IMG/VR virus record: IMGVR_UViG_3300022198_002714
Location: 25,753 to 89,752 of that record
Strand: one strand, 5' to 3'
Source of the DNA: a virus
DNA: 64,000 bases
In this document: in pieces, positions 39,302-48,434 of the stretch
Numbering within the stretch: the first letter of the stretch is position 1
Layout: each line of letters starts with the position of its first letter
Program-made: the position numbers and the translations under genes
The notes under the pieces: model-generated
Databases searched by the model: none
What the model was told of the DNA's origin: nothing
Seen by the model: only the letters and a program-made list of their open reading frames with translations

Positions 39302-39784
39302 TCACCGGTTAGCCAAATAGTTAGCAAGTTCGTCAAAATATAGTTTGGCCTTCTCTTCGGATAGTTTAGGAAGTTTGTAGGTACCATCCAAAAGGCTACC
39401 CATAGCCCCGATTTCTTCTTCAAGTAAATCGGTAGGCGTCCTAAACTCCGCCAAGTCTTGCGCTTGCACAGGCTGAGCCGGTTGTGATTGGTACAGGTCA
39501 AGCCGCTCCCTACCCGCTTGGTCTTCCATCATTTCTTCCATCGTGTTGTACCGCCCTGCCATGGCTGCTTGACCCATTAGGTCTTGGTTTTGGGTGGTGG
39601 TTGGCCCCGTGGTCGGAACAGCAGCGCGGTACGTGTCGGATGGACGCGGGAAGAACTCTTGACCGGGATAATTTCGCACCGAGTATTGCTGACCGCCGAT
39701 TCGCGGCCTGCCATCAAGTCGGAAAATGGTGCGGTCGGTCAGTTGACTCTTGAGCAAGGACCATGCCTGCTCAAACGGCGTCAA
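39302..39784 (-). CDS. N-terminally tagged hypothetical protein
   Basis: MTPFEQAWSLLKS. Confidence 0.7.
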   Translation of the reverse strand: MTPFEQAWSLLKSQLTDRTIFRLDGRPRIGGQQYSVRNYPGQEFFPRPSDTYRAAVPTTGPTTTQNQDLMGQAAMAGRYNTMEEMMEDQAGRERLDLYQSQPAQPVQAQDLAEFRTPTDLLEEEIGAMGSLLDGTYKLPKLSEEKAKLYFDELANYLANR

Positions 39785-40875
39785 AATCCTTGCCTCCGGG
39801 CCATTTCACGGTATGCTTGAATCATTGGCTGCGACATGCCGCGACGTGTTGACAGGTCTTGGTCACGAATATCGCGGAGTTTAGCATCAGACGTGTCCAT
39901 GGTTTGTGTACCAAACATGTCAGCAAGGATTTGCGCACGCATTTGCTTGGCGTCAAGTGGTGGAGTGGGCATACTAAACTCATTGCCATCTTCTTCCATT
40001 GGGTCATCCATTTCAGCCATCGGGCCGGAAGGTTCGTCCGGGTATTCAGGCACAAGACCGTACATTGGGTGTTCCTCAGCGGGATATTGGTTGTTCATGT
40101 GGTCGGCACCGCTACTTCGTTGCCGCTCGCCTGAGCCAATGTGTCGAATGTTTCCAATTGCCTTGGCGCGAGCCTTGTGCTTTTCGCCCAACTCTTGCAA
40201 CTGCTGCGTAAGCGAGTGGTGCGCACCTACTTCTCCTTGCAATTGTCTGAGTGCGTCTTGGACCGTTTCTTCGTAAAAGGCGTCTTGACGGCTCATTTCG
40301 GGGTTAAAGAAACCGGATGCAGCAATAGCATCTGCCACATTGTCGTCAACGATTTCAATATCTTGGTCGTGATAAGGGACAAGTTGAGACAATTGGCCTA
40401 TTTGTCGAATACGCCGCATATGCTCAGCATGACGATTGTTGTCTCGATTCATCACACGGTCTGCTTCTTTCAAGGATTTTAGCAAAGACCAAGCGTCAGC
40501 GAATGGGAGAGAGTCAAACGATGCGGTCTTCATGGTGTTTTTCGGGAATGGGTTCTCGGGCTTGCTGAAATCAAGTTGGCGGGGAGGGGAGGGCCTGTTG
40601 CCGCCACCCTGAGCAGTTGACATTAGGTTGCCGTGCATAACGGCCCCGTCGAGGGCGAAGTCGCCCATTTCATCTTTTTGATGTTGCATTGCTTCATCGG
40701 GTTCGTCCGGCATACCCTGCGTAAGAATCGGAGACAGATTCCGCTCAAGTAGTTCAAGTAGTTCGTAATCAGGCTCGTTATCCCATATGGCGCGTTGATG
40801 CTGACGCCGCAATTTTCCAATTTCAGACTGCAAGTTCTTACGTACAAGTGCATAAGCCTGCTGAAACGGTGTCAT
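39781..40875 (-). CDS. Tagged modular hypothetical protein; first gene of the late strand
   Basis: MTPFQQAYALVRK and internal LPFADAWSLLKS; TTTCATAA box ~23 nt upstream. Confidence 0.7.
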   Translation of the reverse strand: MTPFQQAYALVRKNLQSEIGKLRRQHQRAIWDNEPDYELLELLERNLSPILTQGMPDEPDEAMQHQKDEMGDFALDGAVMHGNLMSTAQGGGNRPSPPRQLDFSKPENPFPKNTMKTASFDSLPFADAWSLLKSLKEADRVMNRDNNRHAEHMRRIRQIGQLSQLVPYHDQDIEIVDDNVADAIAASGFFNPEMSRQDAFYEETVQDALRQLQGEVGAHHSLTQQLQELGEKHKARAKAIGNIRHIGSGERQRSSGADHMNNQYPAEEHPMYGLVPEYPDEPSGPMAEMDDPMEEDGNEFSMPTPPLDAKQMRAQILADMFGTQTMDTSDAKLRDIRDQDLSTRRGMSQPMIQAYREMARRQGF

Positions 40876-40939
40876 TGATTCTCGCAGGCGGGCGGTGGTT
40901 ATGAAATCAGCGGCGGTAGTTGTACGGCCACCTGCGGGA

Positions 40940-41325
40940 TTTTTTTTTTCTTGGATTTATTTTTTTTTTGCCCTGTCAATTTTTTTTGGGAACCCTGCGC
41001 GTGACTAAAAGAAGCGTTATGGGGGTGCGTTATGCTATGCCTCCTTCTAAGGGGGGCGCGTTATGGGGGGCGTTATGGGGTACTGCGGCGGTGTGCAATC
41101 TGCACCAAGGGCGGCGTTATGCCCCACGTTATACCACACTCATGTGCGCGTAACGTATGCATGCGCTACGCGCGTGCGCGACCGCATAACGCATACACAC
41201 ATGCACACCCCACACACCCACCTGAAAAACGCAAGCCCCCACGAGTGCGCCCTTGACCCCAACCCATATGGGTGCGATAGCACGATTCTTCTTGCGCGTT
41301 ACACGTTATGCCTACGCGCGTTAAG
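40940..41325. repeat. T-tracts plus GCGTTATG iterons at the late/early strand switch
   Basis: T runs 40940-40987; GCGTTATG at 41014, 41027, 41058, 41070, 41114; variants at 41126 and 41303; inverted copy at 41185. Confidence 0.75.
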
Positions 41326-41386
41326 GCCCACCGTCCCTCGCGCCTGTACACACATACCCGCGCGTGAAGGAGGCTGACTGAGCCTC

Positions 41387-41402
41387 GAAGTATATAACCA
41401 AC
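41387..41402 (+). promoter_or_regulatory. Early promoter motif, copy 1
   Basis: GAAGTATATAACCAAC; TATA box 22 nt before ATG 41420. Confidence 0.75.
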
Positions 41403-41419
41403 GGAGGGATTCAAGGCCG

Positions 41420-42514
41420 ATGACAACGAAAAGCATCATCAGCACGTACCAACAGCCAACTGCCACCCTCCCCTCCGGTGTGTACGCCCCCTCGGCGGCG
41501 TATGAAATGAGGGAGGTCTTCTCGGACCTTGCCCGCGTCATGGATGGGGCTCCCTCCATCACCATGTACGTCACGCTTGAGGGCGACAAGCCCGCGTGGT
41601 CGGAGCAACCCGTCAAGTACACGCGCAAGGAGGTTCTCGACCGCCTCGCTTACATGGCAGCGGGGGTCGCCTCCGCCCGTGGACGCACGGACCTGCAACT
41701 CACCCGCGCCGCCTTCGATGCCGCCGATGCCGCCATCCCCACGGGCAGCACCGATTATGCGCTCATGGCCGCGCTCCTGCGCAGCACGTACGAGTGCAAG
41801 GCTTGGACCGACCCCAACACGGGCAAGGTGCGTGCGGCTGAAACCCGCCCTGCCTTCGGCCACTTGCTCCTGACCGTCCCCAAGGCCATCCGCGATGCGG
41901 CCAAGCGTGCCACCCGTGCGGCTGACATGGACGACGCCCTCGCCGTGGGCGAGGCGTGGTACTGTGCGGGCATGACGGACAAGGATGGCATTCTCATCGC
42001 CTACCTGAGCGAGAACGACGCTCGGATTGCGTGGGCGCGTAAGAACATCGGCAAGGATTGGCATGCTTCCCTGCCTTCGGGCAAGGGCAGCGGTCGTGCT
42101 GCGCTCAAGCGCGAGTTGCTCGCCCCCGCACCCGTGTACAAGGGCAGCGAGGCCATCCCCGTCCCCACGGTCGTGAGCGAGTACGGCGACATTGACTCCA
42201 TGCACCCGTCCAAGGTGCGCAGCCTCGCCCGTGAAGCGGGTGCTTCAGATGAGGTCGTCATGGGCGCGGGTGCAACCGAGCGATGCCGTGTCTTCCTGAA
42301 GGGCAATGCTCAGGAGCGAGCGCAAGCGGTTGCGGCCAAGGCCAAGACCCTTGCACCCCGCGCCTCGGCTGCGCCCGCAGACGTGACCATCCCTGCCGCC
42401 CCACCCGTGACCGTTGACCCTGCCGTGGTCGCTGCCCTCGTCGCAGGCATGGCCGGTCAGCCGCCCGCCGCCCTCGCAGCGGCGCTCGCTGCGCTCTTGG
42501 GGGCGAGCGAGTGA
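41420..42514 (+). CDS. GC-rich, Ala-rich hypothetical protein; first early gene
   Basis: 364-aa ORF directly after the promoter motif. Confidence 0.75.
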   Translation: MTTKSIISTYQQPTATLPSGVYAPSAAYEMREVFSDLARVMDGAPSITMYVTLEGDKPAWSEQPVKYTRKEVLDRLAYMAAGVASARGRTDLQLTRAAFDAADAAIPTGSTDYALMAALLRSTYECKAWTDPNTGKVRAAETRPAFGHLLLTVPKAIRDAAKRATRAADMDDALAVGEAWYCAGMTDKDGILIAYLSENDARIAWARKNIGKDWHASLPSGKGSGRAALKRELLAPAPVYKGSEAIPVPTVVSEYGDIDSMHPSKVRSLAREAGASDEVVMGAGATERCRVFLKGNAQERAQAVAAKAKTLAPRASAAPADVTIPAAPPVTVDPAVVAALVAGMAGQPPAALAAALAALLGASE

Positions 42515-42609
42515 AGTTGACGGAAGAAGAAGCGGAGTTGCTTGCGAGCATCCGTGCGTACCCAAAGAAGGAGGTTTGAATCACATGAAGAGTGTTGCAC
42601 AGGGGAGAG

Positions 42610-42720
42610 GGTAGCCCGTGCGGGAGTGAGTCCCGCAGGGTAGTTGTGTGCCGAAAGGCGCACCGCGAGTGTACGCGAAAACATACACCAGCGTTTTCCG
42701 AGGATGCGCAACCGTCCGTT
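42610..42720 (+). ncRNA. Putative structured RNA
   Basis: Hairpins TGCGGGA-GTGAG-TCCCGCA, GTGTGCC-GAAA-GGCGCAC, GTGTA...TACAC in non-coding DNA ahead of a terminator. Confidence 0.35.
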
Positions 42721-42762
42721 GGGGGCGGGGAGGCCGAGCCGCCTTCCCGCCCCCTTTTTTTT
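42721..42762 (+). terminator. Hairpin plus T8 terminator-like element
   Basis: GGGGGCGGGGAGGC-CGAGCC-GCCTTCCCGCCCCC-TTTTTTTT. Confidence 0.7.
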
Positions 42763-43139
42763 GCGTCGGCAAAGCCATAACGCGATGCGGTCGGGGTGCT
42801 GATGCGCCGCTGCGCCCGCGAAACGCGATGGCTTGCGGCTGATTGCATCGCACCCATATGGGTTGGCCCCGCTACGCGGGAGGAAGACCTCTCCCATTCG
42901 CGTACGCGGCCTACGTGTAGCCGTGAAGATTTGCTGATGGGGGAGAGGCGCGGCTTCGCAGTAGCCCGCTTTATCATCTCGCCCCTTGGTCAACAGGGGC
43001 GCAGCACTTCACCCACAGTAATCGCCTCTCAGAAAGCCTATCCTGTATGTGACTACTGAGTAGTGGTTATCGCTAACGCCTACCGAGAGGCAACAATCAC
43101 AACACACCAACGGAAACCGTGGTACTGCGTGACCTTGCC

Positions 43140-43311
43140 TCACTATTCTCACCACTTGCTTCACTCAAATGAGTAATCCTGCGACGAGAAGACTACTCAT
43201 TTTCTTAGGTGTTACACTCTCTCTTGATTATGAGAGTAATACCTATGGTATAGTGAGTATAGTCCGAGCATTATTCAAACAGGTGAAGTAAGTAATGAGA
43301 ATAGTGACTAC
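43140..43311. other. Palindromic non-coding element B (origin-like), homologous to element A
   Basis: IR arms 43140-43164/43283-43307; core TTACACTCTCTCT-N6-TGAGAGTA-N-TACCTATG at 43212-43247. Confidence 0.6.
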
Positions 43312-43356
43312 ACATTGTCGCAGTACAACGGTTTTGATAGGGCAGAACGTGAGAAA

Positions 43357-43387
43357 CCAATTGGAAGTATTTAACCAACCAAAGGAA
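43357..43387 (+). promoter_or_regulatory. Early promoter motif, copy 2
   Basis: CCAATTGGAAGTATTTAACCAACCAAAGGAA. Confidence 0.8.
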
Positions 43388-43565
43388 TCAGGGTTGATGT
43401 TGAACGATAGTACCCCACCACAGGATGAGCATGAACAGATGGATGATGATGATGCATGGGAGGGAGAGGAATGATTCTCTTTCACGATGGCATACAGCAC
43501 GGACTGTTTTACTACGAGGGCGAGTACTACCTTGTTGCTCTTCCCACCGTGGCGGAGGTGATTGA

Positions 43566-43988
43566 ATGAGCAAGCGGTCATACAATACGTACCCACCCCT
43601 CTCAGACTTGCATGCCTTCAGGGAATACTTCGGCATCCACACAGGCGCACCTTGGGCCTTCGATGAAGAAGGTCGCGTGTTGAAGTTGCGTGGCTTCCCC
43701 GAACAGGCAGAACTCATCGCTATTCCGGTGCTACCAAGTGAACTCGATGAGTGGTTGGATGGACAACCATCCGAGGTCATCGAAGAGTGGCGTCAAGGTA
43801 GGATGATGGACAACGCACGACTGATTGCCGCCGCGCCTCAACTTCTCAATCAACTCATCGTGGCTCTTGAGAAGGAACAGGAATTGGTTGCAGAAATCGA
43901 GCGGCTGCGCACCATCGTGGACTCCATTCCTGATGACGTGTGGGAAGAAATGCGTACATGGGAAGCAATGGAAGGGGTGATTGAATGA
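43566..43988 (+). CDS. Hypothetical protein of the 'NARLIAAAP' family
   Basis: DNARLIAAAPQLL followed by coiled coil; ATGA-coupled to two upstream micro-ORFs (43397-43474, 43471-43569). Confidence 0.7.
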   Translation: MSKRSYNTYPPLSDLHAFREYFGIHTGAPWAFDEEGRVLKLRGFPEQAELIAIPVLPSELDEWLDGQPSEVIEEWRQGRMMDNARLIAAAPQLLNQLIVALEKEQELVAEIERLRTIVDSIPDDVWEEMRTWEAMEGVIE

Positions 43989-44344
43989 GGCAATACTTGA
44001 TTGACAGACTGAAGACGGCACGATGCAAACAGGACGGCAAGCCTACGGGTGAGCGTAGCACTCGCATTCATGGTTACAACATGCACTATGACGAGAGCCA
44101 ATGGGACGTGGCCGTGCGCTATCATAAGACCAACGTGGTCGTGTACCACGCCAACGGAAGCCTCACCCTCAACTCAGGTAAGTGGTACACCCTTACAACC
44201 GCTGCTCGCATGAACAGGTACTTGCCTTACCCCATGTTCGTCCGGCGAAAGAATGGTGAGTTCCACCTGTACAATTCCAATAGCGGAAAGGTGTATTCCT
44301 TCTTCGACTACACCACCATTCCTGCACATGAGGTGGTCGCATGA
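43985..44344 (+). CDS. Hypothetical phage-type protein
   Basis: VRYHKTNVV...LNSGKWYTLTTAARMN; coupled. Confidence 0.7.
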   Translation: MRQYLIDRLKTARCKQDGKPTGERSTRIHGYNMHYDESQWDVAVRYHKTNVVVYHANGSLTLNSGKWYTLTTAARMNRYLPYPMFVRRKNGEFHLYNSNSGKVYSFFDYTTIPAHEVVA

Positions 44345-44586
44345 TGCAAGTTACCTGCAAGAACTGTAGCCGCATCCACGAACCGGTCAGCAAGGTGATT
44401 GAAGGGGGACGGGACTCGGTGTACGTTGGGTGGTGGCTTCAACCCACCGGCCCCACCTTCCGATTCATCACCGCTTGCGAATGTGATGAAGGTCTGTGGT
44501 CGTCCAACGGAGTGCGCCGAGTCATCCCAAGCCCACACTTCTATGCAGATGTTGCATTCGATTTCACTTCGGAGGTGTTCGCATGA
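44341..44586 (+). CDS. Small Cys-containing protein
   Basis: CKNC...CEC; coupled. Confidence 0.55.
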   Translation: MMQVTCKNCSRIHEPVSKVIEGGRDSVYVGWWLQPTGPTFRFITACECDEGLWSSNGVRRVIPSPHFYADVAFDFTSEVFA

Positions 44587-44681
44587 CCCCGACCCTACTC
44601 ATCACCGCATGGCTCACCGGCATCTTCGCTACCGCATTCGTGTACGGCCTTGCGGAATCGTACCTGCTCGCAAAGAACATC

Positions 44682-44704
44682 GAAGTATATAACCAACCAA
44701 AGGA
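44682..44704 (+). promoter_or_regulatory. Early promoter motif, copy 3
   Basis: GAAGTATATAACCAACCAAAGGA upstream of the helicase. Confidence 0.8.
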
Positions 44705-44714
44705 GGAATGATTG

Positions 44715-47123
44715 ATGCAACTGAATGTCAACAACATGCACAGTATTGTCAAGGCTTTCGTCAACCTTGGTGCGCCTGTGTCGTACGACGACCAAGGCCC
44801 GAACAAGTTCGATTGGAACTTCTTTTACGCACACGCTACGCGCAGCCACCTTGAACACCACCACCTGCCGACCATCGCTGCTCGCCTGTGGAAGTACAAG
44901 GGTACGCAGATGCCGAGCATCTTCGCGCAGGTTGGTCTGCCTTCTTCTCAGGTTGAAGAAATGCTGCAAGCCACCAAGGACATGAAGGTGGAGCAACCCA
45001 AACCAACGGTTCGCTTTGAGCGCATCACCGATGTGTCCACGGACAGGTGGGGTAAGGTGTACAAGCAGGAGCGTACTGCTATCCACTATGCTTTCAATAA
45101 CGATATCAAGAACGCTCTCAAGAATGCGCTTGCTTTCCCTGCCCTCAAGTGGAACGGCGACACAAAGACGTGGAGCATAGACAACACCAAGGAAACCTAC
45201 GACGCAGCCGTGGCTGCACTCACTCCATTGGACGTGGACATTGTGCATCTTGAAGACGCTGACTTCGCACGTGCGAAGCCCAAGGTCGAAGCACCTACCG
45301 AAGCAACGGCGACACTCAAGGGTGCATCCCTGCATCTCGCATGGCCGTGGATTGAGAACTCGATGGCTCGCTACGCCGTGATGAATGAAGTCAAGAGTAC
45401 GCAGGGTCGTAAGTGGAACGCTGACCTCAAGACGTGGAGTGTGTCGCTCGCTGAAGCAGGCCCGCTCGTTGACCGCCTCCGCTATCTTGCGGAGCGTGAG
45501 TATCTGACCGACGATGCTGAAGGAGTGGCACTCATCCGTACGTGGGCTACGGCAATCGCTGATGCTATCTCGTCTGTGCCTGAAGTAGCGTCGGTGATGA
45601 AGGACCGCGCCGCTCGCATTGCTATCTCTTCCGCCGTCGCAATTGATGAGGCTGAATCAAAAGACATGGCCGAAGCACTTGCTGAAGTCTTCCCCGAAGG
45701 ACGTGAGTTGTACCCCTTCCAATACGTCGGTGTGCAATTCGCGCAAATGGCGGGTGGCCGTTGCCTTATCGGTGACGACATGGGTGTGGGCAAGACCATC
45801 CAAGCCATCGCTCACATTGCACTCAATGAATCGCTGCTCCCTGCTATCGTGGTCTGCCCTGCATCGGTCAAGTACAATTGGGAGAAGGAAGTCAAGTCGT
45901 GGCTCCCCTTCCATCAGGTCCATGTGGTCGAGGGTCGCACGGGTGAACTGCCTGATGCCAACGTGTACGTGTGCAACTATGACCTTGTGACCTACCGTGA
46001 GAATCAACTGCTTGACCTTGGCGCAAACATCGTTGTCCTTGACGAGTCACATTACATCAAGAACAACAAGGCCAAGCGCACGGAGTCAACCGTTGAAGTA
46101 GCCAAGCATTCACAGTCAGTCATCTGTCTATCAGGTACGGCCATCACCAACAGGCCCAACGAGTTCTTCACCACACTCAACCTACTGCGACCCGAAGACT
46201 TCCCATCCTTCTTCAACTACGGAAAGCGATACTGCAACGGACACCAAACCCGATTCGGTTGGGACTTCACAGGCTCGTCCAACTCAGACGAGTTGCATGC
46301 ACGTACCCGTGACTTCACCATCCGTCGCCTCAAGACTGAAGTGCTGACCGAGTTGCCCGACAAGGTGCGTACCCTGTACGATGTGGACATTGGCAAGAAG
46401 GGTGTTGCTCAATACGAGTCGCTGCTCCGCAGGTGGGAAGAAGAGTACGCTGCGTACGCAGCAAGTGGACGACCACTTCCCGCAGGCTTCGCCCTCAACA
46501 TGCTCACCGACCTGCGCCACGAAGTCGGTCGCCTGAAGGTGGAGTCTGCCGTTGAATACCTGCGAGAGTACCGTGAGCAAACGGGTAAGCCGCTCGTTGT
46601 CTTCGCTCACCACAAGGACGTACTTGGTGGTATCAAGGAAGCATTGCAGCAAGACAAGGACATGGCGTGGCGCATCGGTGCTATCGTCGGTGAAATGCCC
46701 GCACATGCACGGCAGCAAACCGTTGAGTCCTTCCAAGCGGGCAACCTTGATGTTGTGCTGTGTTCCACCGTCGCAGCCAAGGAAGGCATCACCCTCACCG
46801 CCGCAGACACCACCGTGTTTGTTGAGCGTGAGTGGGTTCCCGGATGGGAAGAGCAAGCCGAGGACCGAGTGAACCGGATTGGTCAGGAGTCACAGTCCGT
46901 GTCTGCCGTGTACCTCACGGCACGTGACACGATTGATGAGATGTTCAACACCGTGGTCGAAGCCAAGCGAGCAATCGTCAAGGCCGTGCTTGACGGTGGT
47001 GACGAAGAAGACAGGTCAACCATCATCGCAGACTTGCTCAAGGAGATGGCTGCGAAGGGACAGATTCCTTCGGGCATGGCTGACGCCCTGCTTGGAAAGA
47101 AGGAGAAGAAGGTGAAGGCATGA
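44715..47123 (+). CDS. SNF2-family helicase/ATPase (SMARCAL1/HARP-like architecture)
   Basis: LYPFQ, GDDMGVGKT, VCPASV, LDESH, LSGTAITN, KEGITLT, QAEDRVNRIGQ; two N-terminal 'KWN...KTWS' repeats. Confidence 0.9.
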   Translation: MQLNVNNMHSIVKAFVNLGAPVSYDDQGPNKFDWNFFYAHATRSHLEHHHLPTIAARLWKYKGTQMPSIFAQVGLPSSQVEEMLQATKDMKVEQPKPTVRFERITDVSTDRWGKVYKQERTAIHYAFNNDIKNALKNALAFPALKWNGDTKTWSIDNTKETYDAAVAALTPLDVDIVHLEDADFARAKPKVEAPTEATATLKGASLHLAWPWIENSMARYAVMNEVKSTQGRKWNADLKTWSVSLAEAGPLVDRLRYLAEREYLTDDAEGVALIRTWATAIADAISSVPEVASVMKDRAARIAISSAVAIDEAESKDMAEALAEVFPEGRELYPFQYVGVQFAQMAGGRCLIGDDMGVGKTIQAIAHIALNESLLPAIVVCPASVKYNWEKEVKSWLPFHQVHVVEGRTGELPDANVYVCNYDLVTYRENQLLDLGANIVVLDESHYIKNNKAKRTESTVEVAKHSQSVICLSGTAITNRPNEFFTTLNLLRPEDFPSFFNYGKRYCNGHQTRFGWDFTGSSNSDELHARTRDFTIRRLKTEVLTELPDKVRTLYDVDIGKKGVAQYESLLRRWEEEYAAYAASGRPLPAGFALNMLTDLRHEVGRLKVESAVEYLREYREQTGKPLVVFAHHKDVLGGIKEALQQDKDMAWRIGAIVGEMPAHARQQTVESFQAGNLDVVLCSTVAAKEGITLTAADTTVFVEREWVPGWEEQAEDRVNRIGQESQSVSAVYLTARDTIDEMFNTVVEAKRAIVKAVLDGGDEEDRSTIIADLLKEMAAKGQIPSGMADALLGKKEKKVKA

Positions 47124-47467
47124 ACGTGAAAGAACTGATTGAACAACTGCAAGACTATGACGAGGACTTGGAAATCGTATTGCTCACAAAGCCGTGGCGT
47201 GGCTTGGGTTCAACCCACGACCTTGATGATATCAGCATGGAAGTGGGCATCAGCACAGGTCGAGGACAGATGAAGGACAAGGGTGATGCTTGCTGCGATT
47301 ATCAGGAGTGGGTGTGTCCCTGCGGCAACGAGTCGTGGGTTGAGGCAGACGAAGGAGAAGTGTGCGAAGAGTGCGGCACACACATTGACGACTACATTCC
47401 AAAGGAAGGTTCGTGCAAGATACCAAGTCACAACACCAAGGTACTCGCACTCATTTTGGAGGTGTGA
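47120..47467 (+). CDS. Zn-ribbon hypothetical protein
   Basis: MNVKELIEQLQ; CPCG...CEECG. Confidence 0.7.
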   Translation: MNVKELIEQLQDYDEDLEIVLLTKPWRGLGSTHDLDDISMEVGISTGRGQMKDKGDACCDYQEWVCPCGNESWVEADEGEVCEECGTHIDDYIPKEGSCKIPSHNTKVLALILEV

Positions 47468-47469
47468 AC

Positions 47470-47940
47470 ATGGGAACATCAAGTGGATATGTGACTGATT
47501 GCATAAACTGCGGCAAGCCGTTTATGAAGCGAAGTACGAAGGCGAAAGCCTTGTGCGTCGAGTGTGTTAACCCAAGGGGTCGCACCAACGCCTACGGTAC
47601 AACCGCTTTCAGGGAGCAAGGCTACAAGAGTGACTCAATCGCAGGTAGTGTAACACAACGTAGTCCTGTTGAGAACAGACTCATCGCTCTTGAAGACCGC
47701 ATGGGTAATGTCGAACAACAACTGTTGAGCATCACACACGTCATTGATGCTGCCGTTGCAGCAGCCATGCTGAACATCGAAGAGGAAGCCAAGCGCATCA
47801 GCGAGCGGGTTATTGCTGCATCAGAACGTGAAGTCGTGTCGCTCATGAAAGAGCGGGTGGACAAGCATGTGCTTGCGCTTCGCACTCACCTGAACCAACG
47901 CATCGCTGCGCTTGAAGAGTACGTAGGATTTGAGAATTGA
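47470..47940 (+). CDS. Zn-finger plus coiled-coil protein
   Basis: CINCGKPF...CVEC; start MGTSS after GGAGGTG. Confidence 0.65.
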   Translation: MGTSSGYVTDCINCGKPFMKRSTKAKALCVECVNPRGRTNAYGTTAFREQGYKSDSIAGSVTQRSPVENRLIALEDRMGNVEQQLLSITHVIDAAVAAAMLNIEEEAKRISERVIAASEREVVSLMKERVDKHVLALRTHLNQRIAALEEYVGFEN

Positions 47941-47966
47941 ATTGGAAGTATATAACCAACCAAAGG
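47940..47966 (+). promoter_or_regulatory. Early promoter motif, copy 4
   Basis: AATTGGAAGTATATAACCAACCAAAGG. Confidence 0.8.
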
Positions 47967-47976
47967 GGATGAAACC

Positions 47977-48180
47977 ATGATGAAAGTTACACCAAGAATG
48001 AAGCCCACGGACATGTGGCATGAAGAGGATGATTCATACGTCAAGATTGAATGCACTCACCCCGCATGTGAGCGGAGTGAAGTTCTCATCAACAGCAAGG
48101 CGAGTACATTCATTCGCACCTACATGGACACAGGCCGATGGCCTGCATGTACGGTGTGCAAGCAGGAGGGACGAGCATGA
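47977..48180 (+). CDS. Small Zn-finger protein
   Basis: CTHPAC...CTVC. Confidence 0.6.
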   Translation: MMKVTPRMKPTDMWHEEDDSYVKIECTHPACERSEVLINSKASTFIRTYMDTGRWPACTVCKQEGRA

Positions 48181-48434
48181 TTGACCGAGAGTTGATTGAC
48201 GAGTACATAGATACGTGGAACGACCACAGGCTCAGGGAGTTCACGGAAGCAGTTCTCAATGAATGCGGGGAGATGCGTCAGCACATAACCTACGCTGCTT
48301 CACTCATTCAATGCCGCATTGAAGGGGACGACATTCCGATTTCAGACATTCGGGACTACCTGCTTCATGCCGTAGGCATGACGATTCAGGAAGCGATGAT
48401 TGCTTCAGGCTTTTGGGAGGATGAGGAAGAATGA
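48177..48434 (+). CDS. Hypothetical protein
   Basis: MIDRELIDEY; coupled on both sides. Confidence 0.6.
   Translation: MIDRELIDEYIDTWNDHRLREFTEAVLNECGEMRQHITYAASLIQCRIEGDDIPISDIRDYLLHAVGMTIQEAMIASGFWEDEEE

Larger units (their letters stand above)
41259..42866. repeat. 20-bp perfect inverted repeat pair (41259-41278, 42847-42866)
   Basis: CCAACCCATATGGGTGCGAT / ATCGCACCCATATGGGTTGG. Confidence 0.85.

Noticed and set aside
39295-39501. ORF-track N-terminal extension of 38623-39501 (similarly 35439-35471, 31058-31102, 30153-30209, 32162-32209)
   Set aside because: Overlaps the upstream gene; a downstream ATG with RBS or coupling is the better start.
42795-42830. Hammerhead-like CTGATG...CGAAAC
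   Set aside because: Core reads CTGATGC rather than CUGANGA, and I could not build stems I and III with a cleavage triplet.
40876-43400. tRNA genes in the non-coding regions
   Set aside because: No cloverleaf with a T-loop GTTCRA and acceptor stem was found by eye.
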